A stretch of DNA of 64,000 nt from Auanema rhodensis (GCA_964057225.1 OZ059894.1:5270001-5334000), one strand, 5' to 3'; positions 13,601-29,200 are shown, numbered from the stretch's first letter. Notes: generated by a model from the letters alone, not told the origin. A program made the numbers and translations.

Positions 13601-16600
13601 TCAATTTATGCTAATTAAGTGTACACGTGATGTGCACTTGGTATGTAACTCGCTTCAAGTCAAAGATAAAGAGATGCGGTTTTCAAAATTAGATTTCGCA
13701 TGTCCATATTAGTCTAAAAACAAATTTTTATTGATATTGATGCATGGTAACCATGACTTTCAAATTTACGTGTACTTCAATTTATGCTAATTAAGTGTAC
13801 ACGTGATGTGCACTTGGTATGTAACTCGCTTCACGTCAAAGATAAAGAGATGCGGTTTTCAAAATTAGATTTCGCATGTCCATATTAGTCTAAAAACAAA
13901 TTTTTATTGATATTGATGCATGGTAACCATGACTTTCAAATTTACGTGTACTTCAATTTATGCTAATTAAGTGTACACGTGATGTGCACTTGGTATGTAA
14001 CTCGCTTCACGTCAAAGATAAAGAGATGCGGTTTTCAAAATTAGATTCCCCATGTCCATATTAGTCTAAAAACAAATTTTTGTTGATATTGGTGCATGGT
14101 AACCATGACTTTGAAATTTACGTGAACTTTAATTTATGCTAATTAAGTGTACACATAATGTGCACTTGGTATGTAACTCGCTTCAAGTGAAAGATAAAGA
14201 GATGCGGTTTTCAAAATTAGATTTCGCATGTCCATATTAGTCTAAAAACAAATTTTTATTGATATTGGTGCATGGTAACCATGACTTTAAAATTTACGTG
14301 AACTTTAATTTATGCTAATTAAGTGAACACATGACGTGCACTTGGTATGTAACTCGCTTCACGTGAAAGATAAAGAGATGCGGTTTTCAAAATTAGATTC
14401 CTCATGTCCATATTAGTCTAAAAACGAATTTTTATTGATATTGATGCATGGTAACCATGACTTTGAAATTTACGTGAACTTTAATTTATGCTTATTAAGT
14501 GTACACGTGATGTGCACTTGGTATGTAACTCGCTTCACGTGAAAGATAAAGGGATGCGGTTTTCAAAATTAGATTCCTCATGTCCATTTTAGTCTAAAAA
14601 CAAATTTTTGTTGATATTGGTGGATGGTAACCATGACTTTCAAATTTACGTGTACTTCAATTTATGCTAATTAAGTGTACACGTGATGTGCACTTGGTAT
14701 GTAACTCGCTTCCAGTCAAAGATAAAGGGATGCGGTTTTCAAAATTAGATTTCGCATGTCCATATTAGTCTAAAAACAAATTTTTATTGATATTGATGCA
14801 TGGTAACCATGACTTTGAAATTTACGTGAACTTCAATTTATGCTAATTAAGTGTACACGTGATGTGCACTTGGTACGTAACTCGCTTCAAGTGAAAGATA
14901 AAGAGATGCGGTTTTCAAAATTAGATTCCCCATGTCCATATTAGTCTAAAAACAAATTTTTATTGATATTGGTGCATGGTAACCATGACTTTGAAATTTA
15001 CGTGAACTTCAATTTATGCTAATTAAGTGTACACGTGATGTGCACTTGGTACGTAACTCGCTTCAAGTGAAAGATAAAGAGATGCGGTTTTCAAAATTAG
15101 ATTCCCCATGTCCATATTAGTCTAAAAACAAATTTTTATTGATATTGATGCATGGTAACCATGACTTTGAAATTTACGTGAACTTCAATTTATGCTAATT
15201 AAGTGTACACGTGATGTGCACTTGGTACGTAACTCGCTTCAAGTGAAAGATAAAGAGATGCGTTTTTCAAAATTAGATTTCGCATGTCCATATTAGTCTA
15301 AAAACAAATTTTTATTGATATTGGTGCATGGTAACCATGACTTTGAAATTTACGTGAACTTTAATTTATGCTAATTAAGTGTACACGTGATGTGCACTTG
15401 GTATGTAACTCGCTTCACGTGAAAGATAAAGAGATGCGGTTTTCAAAATTAGATTCCTCATGTCCATATTAGTCTAAAAACGAATTTTTATTGATATTGA
15501 TGCATGGTAACCATGACTTTGAAATTTACGTGAACTTCAATTTATGCTAATTAAGTGTACACGTGATGTGCACTTGGTACGTAACTCGCTTCAAGTGAAA
15601 GATAAAGAGATGCGGTTTTCAAAATTAGATTTCGCATGTCCATATTAGTCTAAAAACAAATTTTTGTCGATATTGGTGGATGGTAACCATGACTTTCAAA
15701 TTTACGTGAACTTCAATTTATGCTAATTAAGTGTACACGTGATGTGCACTTGGTATGTAACTCGCTTCCAGTCAAAGATAAAGGGATGCGGTTTTCAAAA
15801 TTAGATTCCCCATGTCCATATTAGTCTAAAAACAAATTTTTATTGATATTGATGCATGGTAACCATGACTTTGAAATTTACGTGAACTTCAATTTATGCT
15901 AATTAAGTGTACACGTGATGTGCACTTGGTACGTAACTCGCTTCAAGTGAAAGATAAAGAGATGCGGTTTTCAAAATTAGATTCCCCATGTCCATATTAG
16001 TCTAAAAACAAATTTTTATTGATATTGGTGCATGGTAACCATGACTTTGAAATTTACGTGAACTTCAATTTATGCTAATTAAGTGTACACGTGATGTGCA
16101 CTTGGTACGTAACTCGCTTCAAGTGAAAGATAAAGAGATGCGGTTTTCAAAATTAGATTCCCCATGTCCATATTAGTCTAAAAACAAATTTTTATTGATA
16201 TTGGTGCATGGTAACCATGACTTTGAAATTTACGTGAACTTTAATTTATGCTAATTAAGTGTACACGTGATGTGCACTTGGTATGTAACTCGCTTCACGT
16301 GAAAGATAAAGAGATGCGGTTTTCAAAATTAGATTCCTCATGTCCATATTAGTCTAAAAACGAATTTTTATTGATATTGGTGCATGGTAACCATGACTTT
16401 AAAATTTACGTGAACTTTAATTTATGCTAATTAAGTGTACACATGATGTGCACTTGGTATGTAACTCGCTTTACGTCAAAGATAAAGAGATGCGGTTTTC
16501 AAAATTAGATTCCCCATGTCCATATTAGTCTAAAAACAAATTTTTATTGATATTGGTGCATGGTAACCATGACTTTGAAATTTACGTGAACTTTAATTTA

Positions 16601-19600
16601 TGCTAATTAAGTGTACACGTGATGTGCACTTGGTATGTAACTCGCTTCACGTCAAAGATAAAGAGATGCGGTTTTCAAAATTAGATTCCCCATGTCCATA
16701 TTAGTCTAAAAACAAATTTTTATTGATATTGGTGCATGGTAACCATGACTTTCAAATTTACGTGAACTTCAATTTATGCTAATTAAGTGTACACGTGATG
16801 TGCACTTGGTATGTAACTCGCTTCCAGTCAAAGATAAAGGGATGCGGTTTTCAAAATTAGATTCCCCATGTCCATATTAGTCTAAAAACAAATTTTTATT
16901 AATATTGGTGCATGGTAACCATGACTTTAAAATTTACGTGAACTTTAATTTATGCTAATTAAGTGTACACATGATGTGCACTCGGTATGTAACTCGCTTC
17001 ACGTGAAAGATAAAGAGATGCGATTTTCAAAATTAAATTCCTCATGTCCATATTAGTCTAAAAACGAATTTTTATTCATATTGATGCATGGTAACCATGA
17101 CTTTGAAATTTACGTGAACTTTAATTTATGCTAATTAAGTGTACGCATAATGTGCAATTGGTATGTAACTCGCTTCAAGTGAAAGATAAAGAGATGCGGT
17201 TTTCAAAATTAGATTTCGCATGTCCATATTAGTCTAAAAACAAATTTTTATTGATATTGGTGCATGGTAACCATGACTTTAAAATTTACGTGAACTTTAA
17301 TTTATGCTAATTAAGTGAACACATGATGTGCACTTGGTATGTAACTCGCTTCACGTGAAAGATAAAGAGATGCGGTTTTCAAAATTAGATTCCTCATGTC
17401 CATATTAGTCTAAAAACGAATTTTTATTGATATTGATGCATGGTAACCATGACTTTGAAATTTACGTGAACTTCAATTTATGCTAATTAAGTGTACACGT
17501 GATGTGCACTTGGTACGTAACTCGCTTCAAGTGAAAGATAAAGAGATGCGGTTTTCAAAATTAGATTTCGCATGTCCATATTAGTCTAAAAACAAATTTT
17601 TATTGATATTGGTGCATGGTAACCATGACTTTAAAATTTACGTGAACTTTAATTTATGCTAATTAAGTGTACACATGATGTGCACTTGGTATGTAACTCG
17701 CTTTACGTCAAAGATAAAGAGATGCGGTTTTCAAAATTAGATTCCCCATGTCCATATTAGTCTAAAAACAAATTTTTATTGATATTGGTGCATGGTAACC
17801 ATGACTTTGAAATTTACGTGAACTTTAATTTATGCTAATTAAGTGTACACGTGATGTGCACTTGGTATGTAACTCGCTTCACGTGAAAGATAAAGAGATG
17901 CGGTTTTCAAAATTAGATTCCCCATGTCCATATTAGTCTAAAAACAAATTTTTATTGATATTGGTGCATGGTAACCATGACTTTGAAATTTACGTGAACT
18001 TTAATTTATGCTAATTAAGTGTACACGTGATGTGCACTTGGTATGTAACTCGCTTCACGTGAAAGATAAAGAGATGCGGTTTTCAAAATTAGATTCCTCA
18101 TGTCCATATTAGTCTAAAAACGAATTTTTATTGATATTGATGCATGGTAACCATGACTTTGAAATTTACGTGAACTTCAATTTATGCTAATTAAGTGTAC
18201 ACGTGATGTGCACTTGGTACGTAACTCGCTTCAAGTGAAAGATAAAGAGATGCGGTTTTCAAAATTAGATTCCCCATGTCCATATTAGTCTAAAAACAAA
18301 TTTTTATTGATATTGATGCATGGTAACCATGACTTTGAAATTTACGTGAACTTCAATTTATGCTAATTAAGTGTACACGTGATGTGCACTTGGTACGTAA
18401 CTCGCTTCAAGTGAAAGATAAAGAGATGCGGTTTTTCAAAATTAGATTTCGCATGTCCATATTAGTCTAAAAACAAATTTTTGTCGATATTGGTGGATGG
18501 TAACCATGACTTTCAAATTTACGTGAACTTCAATTTATGCTAATTAAGTGTACACGTGATGTGCACTTGGTATGTAACTCGCTTCCAGTCAAAGATAAAG
18601 GGATGCGGTTTTCAAAATTAGATTCCTCATGTCCATATTAGTCTAAAAACGAATTTTTATTGATATTGATGCATGGTAACCATGACTTTGAAATTTACGT
18701 GAACTTCAATTTATGCTAATTAAGTGTACACGTGATGTGCACTTGGTACGTAACTCGCTTCAAGTGAAAGATAAAGAGATGCGGTTTTCAAAATTAGATT
18801 TCGCATGTCCATATTAGTCTAAAAACAAATTTTTGTCGATATTGGTGGATGGTAACCATGACTTTCAAATTTACGTGAACTTCAATTTATGCTAATTAAG
18901 TGTACACGTGATGTGCACTTGGTATGTAACTCGCTTCCAGTCAAAGATAAAGGGATGCGGTTTTCAAAATTAGATTCCCTATGTCCATATTAGTCTAAAA
19001 ACAAATTTTTATTAATATTGGTGCATGGTAACCATGACTTTAAAATTTACGTGAACTTTAATTTATGCTAATTAAGTGTACACATGATGTGCACTCGGTA
19101 TGTAACTCGCTTCACGTGAAAGATAAAGAGATGCGATTTTCAAAATTAAATTCCTCATGTCCATATTAGTCTAAAAACGAATTTTTATTCATATTGATGC
19201 ATGGTAACCATGACTTTGAAATTTACGTGAACTTTAATTTATGCTAATTAAGTGTACACGTGATGTGCACTTGGTATGTAACTCGCTTCAAGTGAAAGAT
19301 AAAGAGATGCGGTTTTCAAAATTAGATTTCGCATGTCCATATTAGTCTAAAAACAAATTTTAATCGATATTGGAGCATGGTAACCATGACTTTAAAATTT
19401 ACGTGAACTTCAATTTATGCTAATTAAGTGTACACGTGATGTGCACTTGGTATGTAACTCGCTTCATGTGAAAGATGAAGGGATGCGGTTTTCAAAATTA
19501 GATTCCTCATGTCCATATTAGTCTAAAAACAAATTTTTGTTGATATTGGTGGATGGTAACCATGACTTTCAAATTTACGTGAACTTTAATTTATGCTAAT

Positions 19601-20399
19601 TAAGTGTACACGTGTTGTGCACTTGGTATGTAACTCGCTTCAAGTGAAAGATAAAGAGATGCGGTTTTCAAAATTAGATTTCGCATGTCCATATTAGTCT
19701 AAAAACAAATTTTTATTGATATTGGTGCATGGTAACCATGACTTTGAAATTTACGTGAACTTTAATTTATGCTAATTAAGTGTACACGTGATGTGCACTT
19801 GGTATGTAACTCGCTTCACGTGAAAGATGAAGAGATGCGGTTTTCAAAATTAGATTCCCCATGTCCATATTAGTCTAAAAACAAATTTTTGTTGATATTG
19901 GTGGATGGTAACCATGACTTTCAAATTTACGTGAACTTCAATTTATGCTAATTAAGTGTACACGTGATGTGCACTTGGTATGTAACTCGCTTCAAGTCAA
20001 AGATAAAGAGATGCGGTTTTCAAAATTAGATTCCCCATGTCCATATTAGTCTAAAAACAAATTTTTATTAATATTGGTGCATGGTAACCATGACTTTGAA
20101 ATTTACGTGAACTTTAATTTATGCTAATTAAGTGTACACATAATGTGCACTTGGTATGTAACTCGCTTCAAGTGAAAGATAAAGAGATGCGGTTTTCAAA
20201 ATTAGATTTCGCATGTCCATATTAGTCTAAAAACAAATTTTTATTGATATTGGTGCATGGTAACCATGACTTTAAAATTTACGTGAACTTTAATTTATGC
20301 TAATTAAGTGAACACATGATGTGCACTTGGTATGTAACTCGCTTCACGTGAAAGATAAAGAGATGCGGTTTTCAAAATTAGATTCCTCATGTCCATATT

Positions 20400-22950
20400 A
20401 GTCTAAAAACAAATTTTTATTGATATTGGTGCATGGTAACCATGACTTTGAAATTTACGTGAACTTTAATTTATGCTAATTAAGTGTACACGTGATGTGC
20501 ACTTGGTATGTAACTCGCTTCCAGTCAAAGATAAAGGGATGCGGTTTTCAAAATTAGATTCCCCATGTCCATATTAGTCTAAAAACGAATTTTTATTGAT
20601 ATTGATGAATGGTAACCATGACTTTGAAATTTACGTGAACTTCAATTTATGCTAATTAAGTGTACACGTGATGTGCACTTGGTACGTAACTCGCTTCAAG
20701 TGAAAGATAAAGAGATGCGGTTTTCAAAATTAGATTTCGCATGTCCATATTAGTCTAAAAACAAATTTTTGTCGATATTGGTGGATGGTAACCATGACTT
20801 TCAAATTTACGTGAACTTCAATTTATGCTAATTAAGTGTACACGTGATGTGCACTTGGTATGTAACTCGCTTCCAGTCAAAGATAAAGGGATGCGGTTTT
20901 CAAAATTAGATTCCCCATGTCCATATTAGTCTAAAAATAAATTTTTATTGATATTGGTGCATGGTAACCATGACTTTAAAATTTACGTGAACTTTAATTT
21001 ATGCTAATTAAGTGTACACGTGATGTGCACTTGGTATGTAACTCGCTTCACGTGAAAGATAAAGAGATGCGGTTTTCAAAATTAGATTCCTCATGTCCAT
21101 ATTAGTCTAAAAACGAATTTTTATTGATATTGATGCATGGTAACCATGACTTTGAAATTTACGTGAACTTCAATTTATGCTAATTAAGTGTACACGTGAT
21201 GTGCACTTGGTACGTAACTCGCTTCACGTGAAAGATAAAGAGATGCGGTTTTCAAAATTAGATTTCGCATGTCCATATTAGTCTAAAAACAAATTTTTGT
21301 CGATATTGGTGGATGGTAACCATGACTTTCAAATTTAAGTGAACTTCAATTTATGCTAATTAAGTGTACACGTGATGTGCACTTGGTACGTAACTCGCTT
21401 CAAGTGAAAGATAAAGAGATGCGGTTTTCAAAATTAGATTTCGCATGTCCATATTAGTCTAAAAACAAATTTTTGTCGATATTGGTGGATGGTAACCATG
21501 ACTTTCAAATTTACGTGAACTTCAATTTATGCTAATTAAGTGTACACGTGATGTGCACTTGGTATGTAACTCGCTTCCAGTCAAAGATAAAGGGATGCGG
21601 TTTTCAAAATTAGATTCCCCATGTCCATATTAGTCTAAAAATAAATTTTTATTGATATTGGTGCATGGTAACCATGACTTTAAAATTTACGTGAACTTTA
21701 ATTTATGCTAATTAAGTGTACACGTGATGTGCACTTGGTATGTAACTCGCTTCACGTGAAAGATAAAGAGATGCGGTTTTCAAAATTAGATTCCTCATGT
21801 CCATATTAGTCTAAAAACGAATTTTTATTGATATTGATGCATGGTAACCATGACTTTGAAATTTACGTGAACTTCAATTTATGCTAATTAAGTGTACACG
21901 TGATGTGCACTTGGTACGTAACTCGCTTCACGTGAAAGATAAAGAGATGCGGTTTTCAAAATTAGATTCCTCATGTCCATATTAGTCTAAAAACAAATTT
22001 TTATTGATATTGGTGCATGGTAACCATGACTTTGAAATTTACGTGAACTTTAATTTATGCTAATTAAGTGTACACGTGATGTGCACTTGGTATGTAACTC
22101 GCTTCCAGTCAAAGATAAAGGGATGCGGTTTTCAAAATTAGATTCCCCATGTCCATATTAGTCTAAAAACGAATTTTTATTGATATTGATGAATGGTAAC
22201 CATGACTTTGAAATTTACGTGAACTTCAATTTATGCTAATTAAGTGTACACGTGATGTGCACTTGGTACGTAACTCGCTTCAAGTGAAAGATAAAGAGAT
22301 GCGGTTTTCAAAATTAGATTTCGCATGTCCATATTAGTCTAAAAACAAATTTTTGTCGATATTGGTGGATGGTAACCATGACTTTCAAATTTACGTGAAC
22401 TTCAATTTATGCTAATTAAGTGTACACGTGATGTGCACTTGGTATGTAACTCGCTTCCAGTCAAAGATAAAGGGATGCGGTTTTCAAAATTAGATTCCCC
22501 ATGTCCATATTAGTCTAAAAATAAATTTTTATTGATATTGGTGCATGGTAACCATGACTTTAAAATTTACGTGAACTTTAATTTATGCTAATTAAGTGTA
22601 CACGTGATGTGCACTTGGTATGTAACTCGCTTCACGTGAAAGATAAAGAGATGCGGTTTTCAAAATTAGATTCCTCATGTCCATATTAGTCTAAAAACGA
22701 ATTTTTATTGATATTGATGCATGGTAACCATGACTTTGAAATTTACGTGAACTTCAATTTATGCTAATTAAGTGTACACGTGATGTGCACTTGGTACGTA
22801 ACTCGCTTCACGTGAAAGATAAAGAGATGCGGTTTTCAAAATTAGATTTCGCATGTCCATATTAGTCTAAAAACAAATTTTTGTCGATATTGGTGGATGG
22901 TAACCATGACTTTCAAATTTAAGTGAACTTCAATTTATGCTAATTAAGTG
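20400..22950 (+). repeat. 9-monomer (1584-bp) offset duplication
   Basis: GATGAATGG at 20608 and 22192, AAAATAAAT at ~20935 and ~22519, TTTAAGTG at ~21335 and ~22919. Confidence 0.8.
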
Positions 22951-24459
22951 TACACGTGATGTGCACTTGGTATGTAACTCGCTTCCAGTCAAAGATAAAG
23001 GGATGCGGTTTTCAAAATTAGATTCCACATGTCCATATTAGTCTAAAAACAAATTTTTATTGATATTGATGCATGGTAACCATGACTTTGAAATTTACGT
23101 GAACTTCAATTTATGCTAATTAAGTGTACACGTGATGTGCACTTGGTACGTAACTCGCTTCAAGTGAAAGATAAAGAGATGCGGTTTTCAAAATTAGATT
23201 CCTCATGTCCATATTAGTCTAAAAACGAATTTTTATTGATATTGATGCATGGTAACCATGACTTTGAAATTTACGTGAACTTCAATTTATGCTAATTAAG
23301 TGTACACGTGATGTGCACTTGGTACGTAACTCGCTTCAAGTGAAAGATAAAGAGATGCGGTTTTCAAAATTAGATTTCGCATGTCCATATTAGTCTAAAA
23401 ACAAATTTTTGTCGATATTGGTGGATGGTAACCATGACTTTCAAATTTAAGTGAACTTCAATTTATGCTAATTAAGTGTACACGTGATGTTCACTTGGTA
23501 TGTAACTCGCTTCCAGTCAAAGATAAAGGGATGCGGTTTTCAAAATTAGATTCCCCATGTCCATATTAGTCTAAAAACAAATTTTTATTGATATTGATGC
23601 ATGGTAACCATGACTTTGAAATTTACGTGAACTTCAATTTATGCTAATTAAGTGTACACGTGATGTGCACTTGGTACGTAACTCGCTTCATGTGAAAGAT
23701 AAAGAGATGCGGTTTTCAAAATTAGATTTCGCATGTCCATATTAGTCTAAAAACAAATTTTTGTCGATATTGGTGGATGGTAACCATGACTTTCAAATTT
23801 ACGTGAACATCAATTTATGCTAATTAAGTGTACACGTGATGTGCACTTGGTATGTAACTCGCTTCCAGTCAAAGATAAAGGGATGCGGTTTCCAAAATTA
23901 GATTCCCCATGTCCATATTAGTCTAAAAACAAATTTTTATTGATATTGGTGCATGGTAACCATGACTTTAAAATTTACGTGAACTTTAATTTATGCTAAT
24001 TAAGTGTACACGTGATGTGCACTTGGTATGTAACTCGCTTCACGTGAAAGATAAAGAGATGCGGTTTTCAAAATTAGATTCCTCATGTCCATATTAGTCT
24101 AAAAACGAATTTTTATTGATATTGATGCATGGTAACCATGACTTTGAAATTTACGTGAACTTCAATTTATGCTAATTAAGTGTACACGTGATGTGCACTT
24201 GGTATGTAACTCGCTTCACGTGAAAGATAAAGAGATGCGGTTTTCAAAATTAGATTCCGCATGTCCATATTAGTCTAAAAACGAATTTTTATTGATATTG
24301 ATGCATGGTAACCATGACTTTGAAATTTACGTGAACTTTAATTTATGCTAATTAAGTGTACACATGATGTGCACTTGGTATGTAACTCGCTTCAAGTGAA
24401 AGATAAAGAGATGCGGTTTTCAAAATTAGATTTCGCATGTCCATATTAGTCTAAAAACA

Positions 24460-25870
24460 AATTTTTATTGATATTGGAGCATGGAAACCATGACTTTAAA
24501 ATTTACGTGAACTTTAATTTATGCTAATTAAGTGAACACATGATGTGCACTTGGTATGTAACTCGCTTCACGTGAAAGATAAAGAGATGCGGTTTACAAA
24601 ATTAGATTCCTCATGTCCATATTAGTCTAAAAACGAATTTTTATCGATATTGATGCATGGTAACCATGACTTTGAAATTTACGTGAACTTTAATTTATGC
24701 TTATTAAGTGTACACGTGATGTGCACTTGGTATGTAACTCGCTTCACGTGAAAGATAAAGAGATGCGGTTTTCAAAATTAGATTCCCCATGTCCATATTA
24801 GTCTAAAAACAAATTTTTGTTGATATTGGTGGATGGTAACCATGACTTTCAAATTTACGTGAACTTCAATTTATGCTAATTAAGTGTACACGTGATGTGC
24901 ACTTGGTATGTAACTCGCTTCAAGTCAAAGATAAAGAGATGCGGTTTTCAAAATTAGATTCCCCATGTCCATATTAGTCTAAAAACAAATTTTTATTAAT
25001 ATTGGTGCATGGTAACCATGACTTTGAAATTTACGTGAACTTTAATTTATGCTAATTAAGTGTACACATAATGTGCACTTGGTATGTAACTCGCTTCAAG
25101 TGAAAGATAAAGAGATGCGGTTTTCAAAATTAGATTTCGCATGTCCATATTAGTCTAAAAACAAATTTTTATGGATATTGGAGCATGGAAACCATGACTT
25201 TAAAATTTACGTGAACTTTAATTTATGCTAATTAAGTGAACACATGATGTGCACTTGGTATGTAACTCGCTTCACGTGAAAGATAAAGAGATGCGGTTTA
25301 CAAAATTAGATTCCTCATGTCCATATTAGTCTAAAAACGAATTTTTATCGATATTGATGCATGGTAACCATGACTTTGAAATTTACGTGAACTTTAATTT
25401 ATGCTTATTAAGTGTACACGTGATGTGCACTTGGTATGTAACTCGCTTCACGTGAAAGATAAAGAGATGCGGTTTTCAAAATTAGATTCCCCATGTCCAT
25501 ATTAGTCTAAAAACAAATTTTTGTTGATATTGGTGGATGGTAACCATGACTTTCAAATTTACGTGAACTTCAATTTATGCTAATTAAGTGTACACGTGAT
25601 GTGCACTTGGTATGTAACTCGCTTCAAGTCAAAGATAAAGAGATGCGGTTTTCAAAATTAGATTCCCCATGTCCATATTAGTCTAAAAACAAATTTTTAT
25701 TAATATTGGTGCATGGTAACCATGACTTTGAAATTTACGTGAACTTTAATTTATGCTAATTAAGTGTACACATAATGTGCACTTGGTATGTAACTCGCTT
25801 CAAGTGAAAGATAAAGAGATGCGGTTTTCAAAATTAGATTTCGCATGTCCATATTAGTCTAAAAACAAAT
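24460..25870 (+). repeat. 4-monomer (704-bp) tandem duplication
   Basis: GGAGCATGGAAACC at 24485 and 25189. TTTACAAAA and ATCGAT variants repeat at the same offset. Confidence 0.82.
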
Positions 25871-26219
25871 TTTTATTGATATTGGTGCATGGTAACCATG
25901 ACTTTAAAATTTACGTGAACTTTAATTTATGCTAATTAAGTGAACACATGATGTGCACTTGGTATGTAACTCGCTTCACGTGAAAGATAAAGAGATGCGG
26001 TTTTCAAAATTAGATTCCTCATGTCCATATTAGTCTAAAAACGAATTTTTATTGATATTGATGCATGGTAACCATGACTTTGAAATTTACGTGAACTTTA
26101 ATTTATGCTTATTAAGTGTACACGTGATGTGCACTTGCTATGTAACTCGCTTCCAGTCAAAGATAAAGGGATGCGGTTTTCAAAATTAGATTACCCATGT
26201 CCATATTAGTCTAAAAACA

Positions 26220-29200
26220 AATTTTTATTGATATTGGTGCATGGTAACCATGACTTTAAAATTTACGTGAACTTTAATTTATGCTAATTAAGTGTACACA
26301 TGATGTGCACTTGGTATGTAACTCGCTTTACGTCAAAGATAAAGAGATGCGGTTTTCAAAAATTAGATTCCCCATATCCATATTAGTCTAAAAACAAATT
26401 TTTATTGATATTGGTGCATGGTAACCATGACTTTGAAATTTACGTGAACTTTAATTTATGCTAATTAAGTGTACACGTGATGTGCACTTGGTATGTAACT
26501 CGCTTCACGTCAAAGATAAAGAGATGCGGTTTTCAAAATTAGATTCCCCATGTCCATATTAGTCTAAAAACAAATTTTTATTGATATTGGTGCATGGTAA
26601 CCATGACTTTGAAATTTACGTGAACTTTAATTTATGCTAATTAAGTGTACACGTGATGTGCACTTGGTATGTAACTCGCTTCACGTGAAAGATAAAGAGA
26701 TGCGGTTTTCAAAATTAGATTCCTCATGTCCATATTAGTCTAAAAACGAATTTTTATTGATATTGATGCATGGTAACCATGACTTTGAAATTTACGTGAA
26801 CTTCAATTTATGCTAATTAAGTGTACACGTGATGTGCACTTGGTACGTAACTCGCTTCAAGTGAAAGATAAAGAGATGCGGTTTTCAAAATTAGATTTCG
26901 CATGTCCATATTAGTCTAAAAACAAATTTTTGTCGATATTGGTGGATGGTAACCATGACTTTCAAATTTACGTGAACTTCAATTTATGCTAATTAAGTGT
27001 ACACGTGATGTGCACTTGGTATGTAACTCGCTTCCAGTCAAAGATAATGGGATGCGGTTTTCAAAATTAAATTCCCCATGTCCATATTAGTCTAAAAACA
27101 AATTTTTATTGATATTGATGCATGGTAACCATGACTTTGAAATTTACGTGAACTTCAATTTATGCTAATTAAGTGTACACGTGATGTGCACTTGGTACGT
27201 AACTCGCTTCAAGTGAAAGATAAAGAGATGCGGTTTTCAAAATTAGATTTCGCATGTCCATATTAGTCTAAAAACAAATTTTTGTCGATATTGGTGGATG
27301 GTAACCATGACTTTCAAATTTACGTGAACTTCAATTTATGCTAATTAAGTGTACACGTGATGTGCACTTGGTATGTAACTCGCTTCACGTCAAAGATAAA
27401 GAGATGCGGTTTTCAAAATTAGATTCCCCATGTCCATATTAGTCTAAAAACAAATTTTTATTGATATTGGTGCATGGTAACCATGACTTTGAAATTTACG
27501 TGAACTTTAATTTATGCTAATTAAGTGTACACGTGATGTGCACTTGGTATGTAACTCGCTTCACGTGAAAGATAAAGAGATGCGGTTTTCAAAATTAGAT
27601 TCCTCATGTCCATATTAGTCTAAAAACGAATTTTTATTGATATTGATGCATGGTAACCATGACTTTGAAATTTACGTGAACTTCAATTTATGCTAATTAA
27701 GTGTACACGTGATGTGCACTTGGTACGTCACTCGCTTCAAGTGAAAGATAAAGAGATGCGGTTTTCAAAATTAGATTTCGCATGTCCATATTAGTCTAAA
27801 AACAAATTTTTGTCGATATTGGTGGATGGTAACCATGACTTTCAAATTTACGTGAAATTCAATTTATGCTAATTAAGTGTACACGTGATGTGCACTTGGT
27901 ATGTAACTCGCTTCCAGTCAAAGATAATGGGATGCGGTTTTCAAAATTAAATTCCCCATGTCCATATTAGTCTAAAAACAAATTTTTATTGATATTGGTG
28001 CATGGTAACCATGACTTTAAAATTTACGTGAACTTTAATTTATGCTAATTAAGTGTACACATGATGTGCACTTGGTATGTAACTCGCTTTACGTCAAAGA
28101 TAAAGAGATGCGGTTTTCAAAAATTAGATTCCCCATATCCATATTAGTCTAAAAACAAATTTTTATTGATATTGGTGCATGGTAACCATGACTTTGAAAT
28201 TTACGTGAACTTTAATTTATGCTAATTAAGTGTACACGTGATGTGCACTTGGTATGTAACTCGCTTCACGTCAAAGATAAAGAGATGCGGTTTTCAAAAT
28301 TAGATTCCCCATGTCCATATTAGTCTAAAAACAAATTTTTATTGATATTGGTGCATGGTAACCATGACTTTGAAATTTACGTGAACTTTAATTTATGCTA
28401 ATTAAGTGTACACGTGATGTGCACTTGGTATGTAACTCGCTTCACGTGAAAGATAAAGAGATGCGGTTTTCAAAATTAGATTCCTCATGTCCATATTAGT
28501 CTAAAAACGAATTTTTATTGATATTGATGCATGGTAACCATGACTTTGAAATTTACGTGAACTTCAATTTATGCTAATTAAGTGTACCCGTGATGTGCAC
28601 TTGGTACGTAACTCGCTTCAAGTGAAAGATAAAGAGATGCGGTTTTCAAAATTAGATTTCGCATGTCCATATTAGTCTAAAAACAAATTTTTGTCGATAT
28701 TGGTGGATGGTAACCATGACTTTCAAATTTACGTGAACTTCAATTTATGCTAATTAAGTGTACACGTGATGTGCACTTGGTATGTAACTCGCTTCCAGTC
28801 AAAGATAATGGGATGCGGTTTTCAAAATTAAATTCCCCATGTCCATATTAGTCTAAAAACAAATTTTTATTGATATTGATGCATGGTAACCATGACTTTG
28901 AAATTTACGTGAACTTCAATTTATGCTAATTAAGTGTACACGTGATGTGCACTTGGTACGTAACTCGCTTCAAGTGAAAGATAAAGAGATGCGGTTTTCA
29001 AAATTAGATTTCGCATGTCCATATTAGTCTAAAAACAAATTTTTGTCGATATTGGTGGATGGTAACCATGACTTTCAAATTTACGTGAACTTCAATTTAT
29101 GCTAATTAAGTGTACACGTGATGTGCACTTGGTATGTAACTCGCTTCACGTCAAAGATAAAGAGATGCGGTTTTCACAATTAGATTCCCCATGTCCATAT

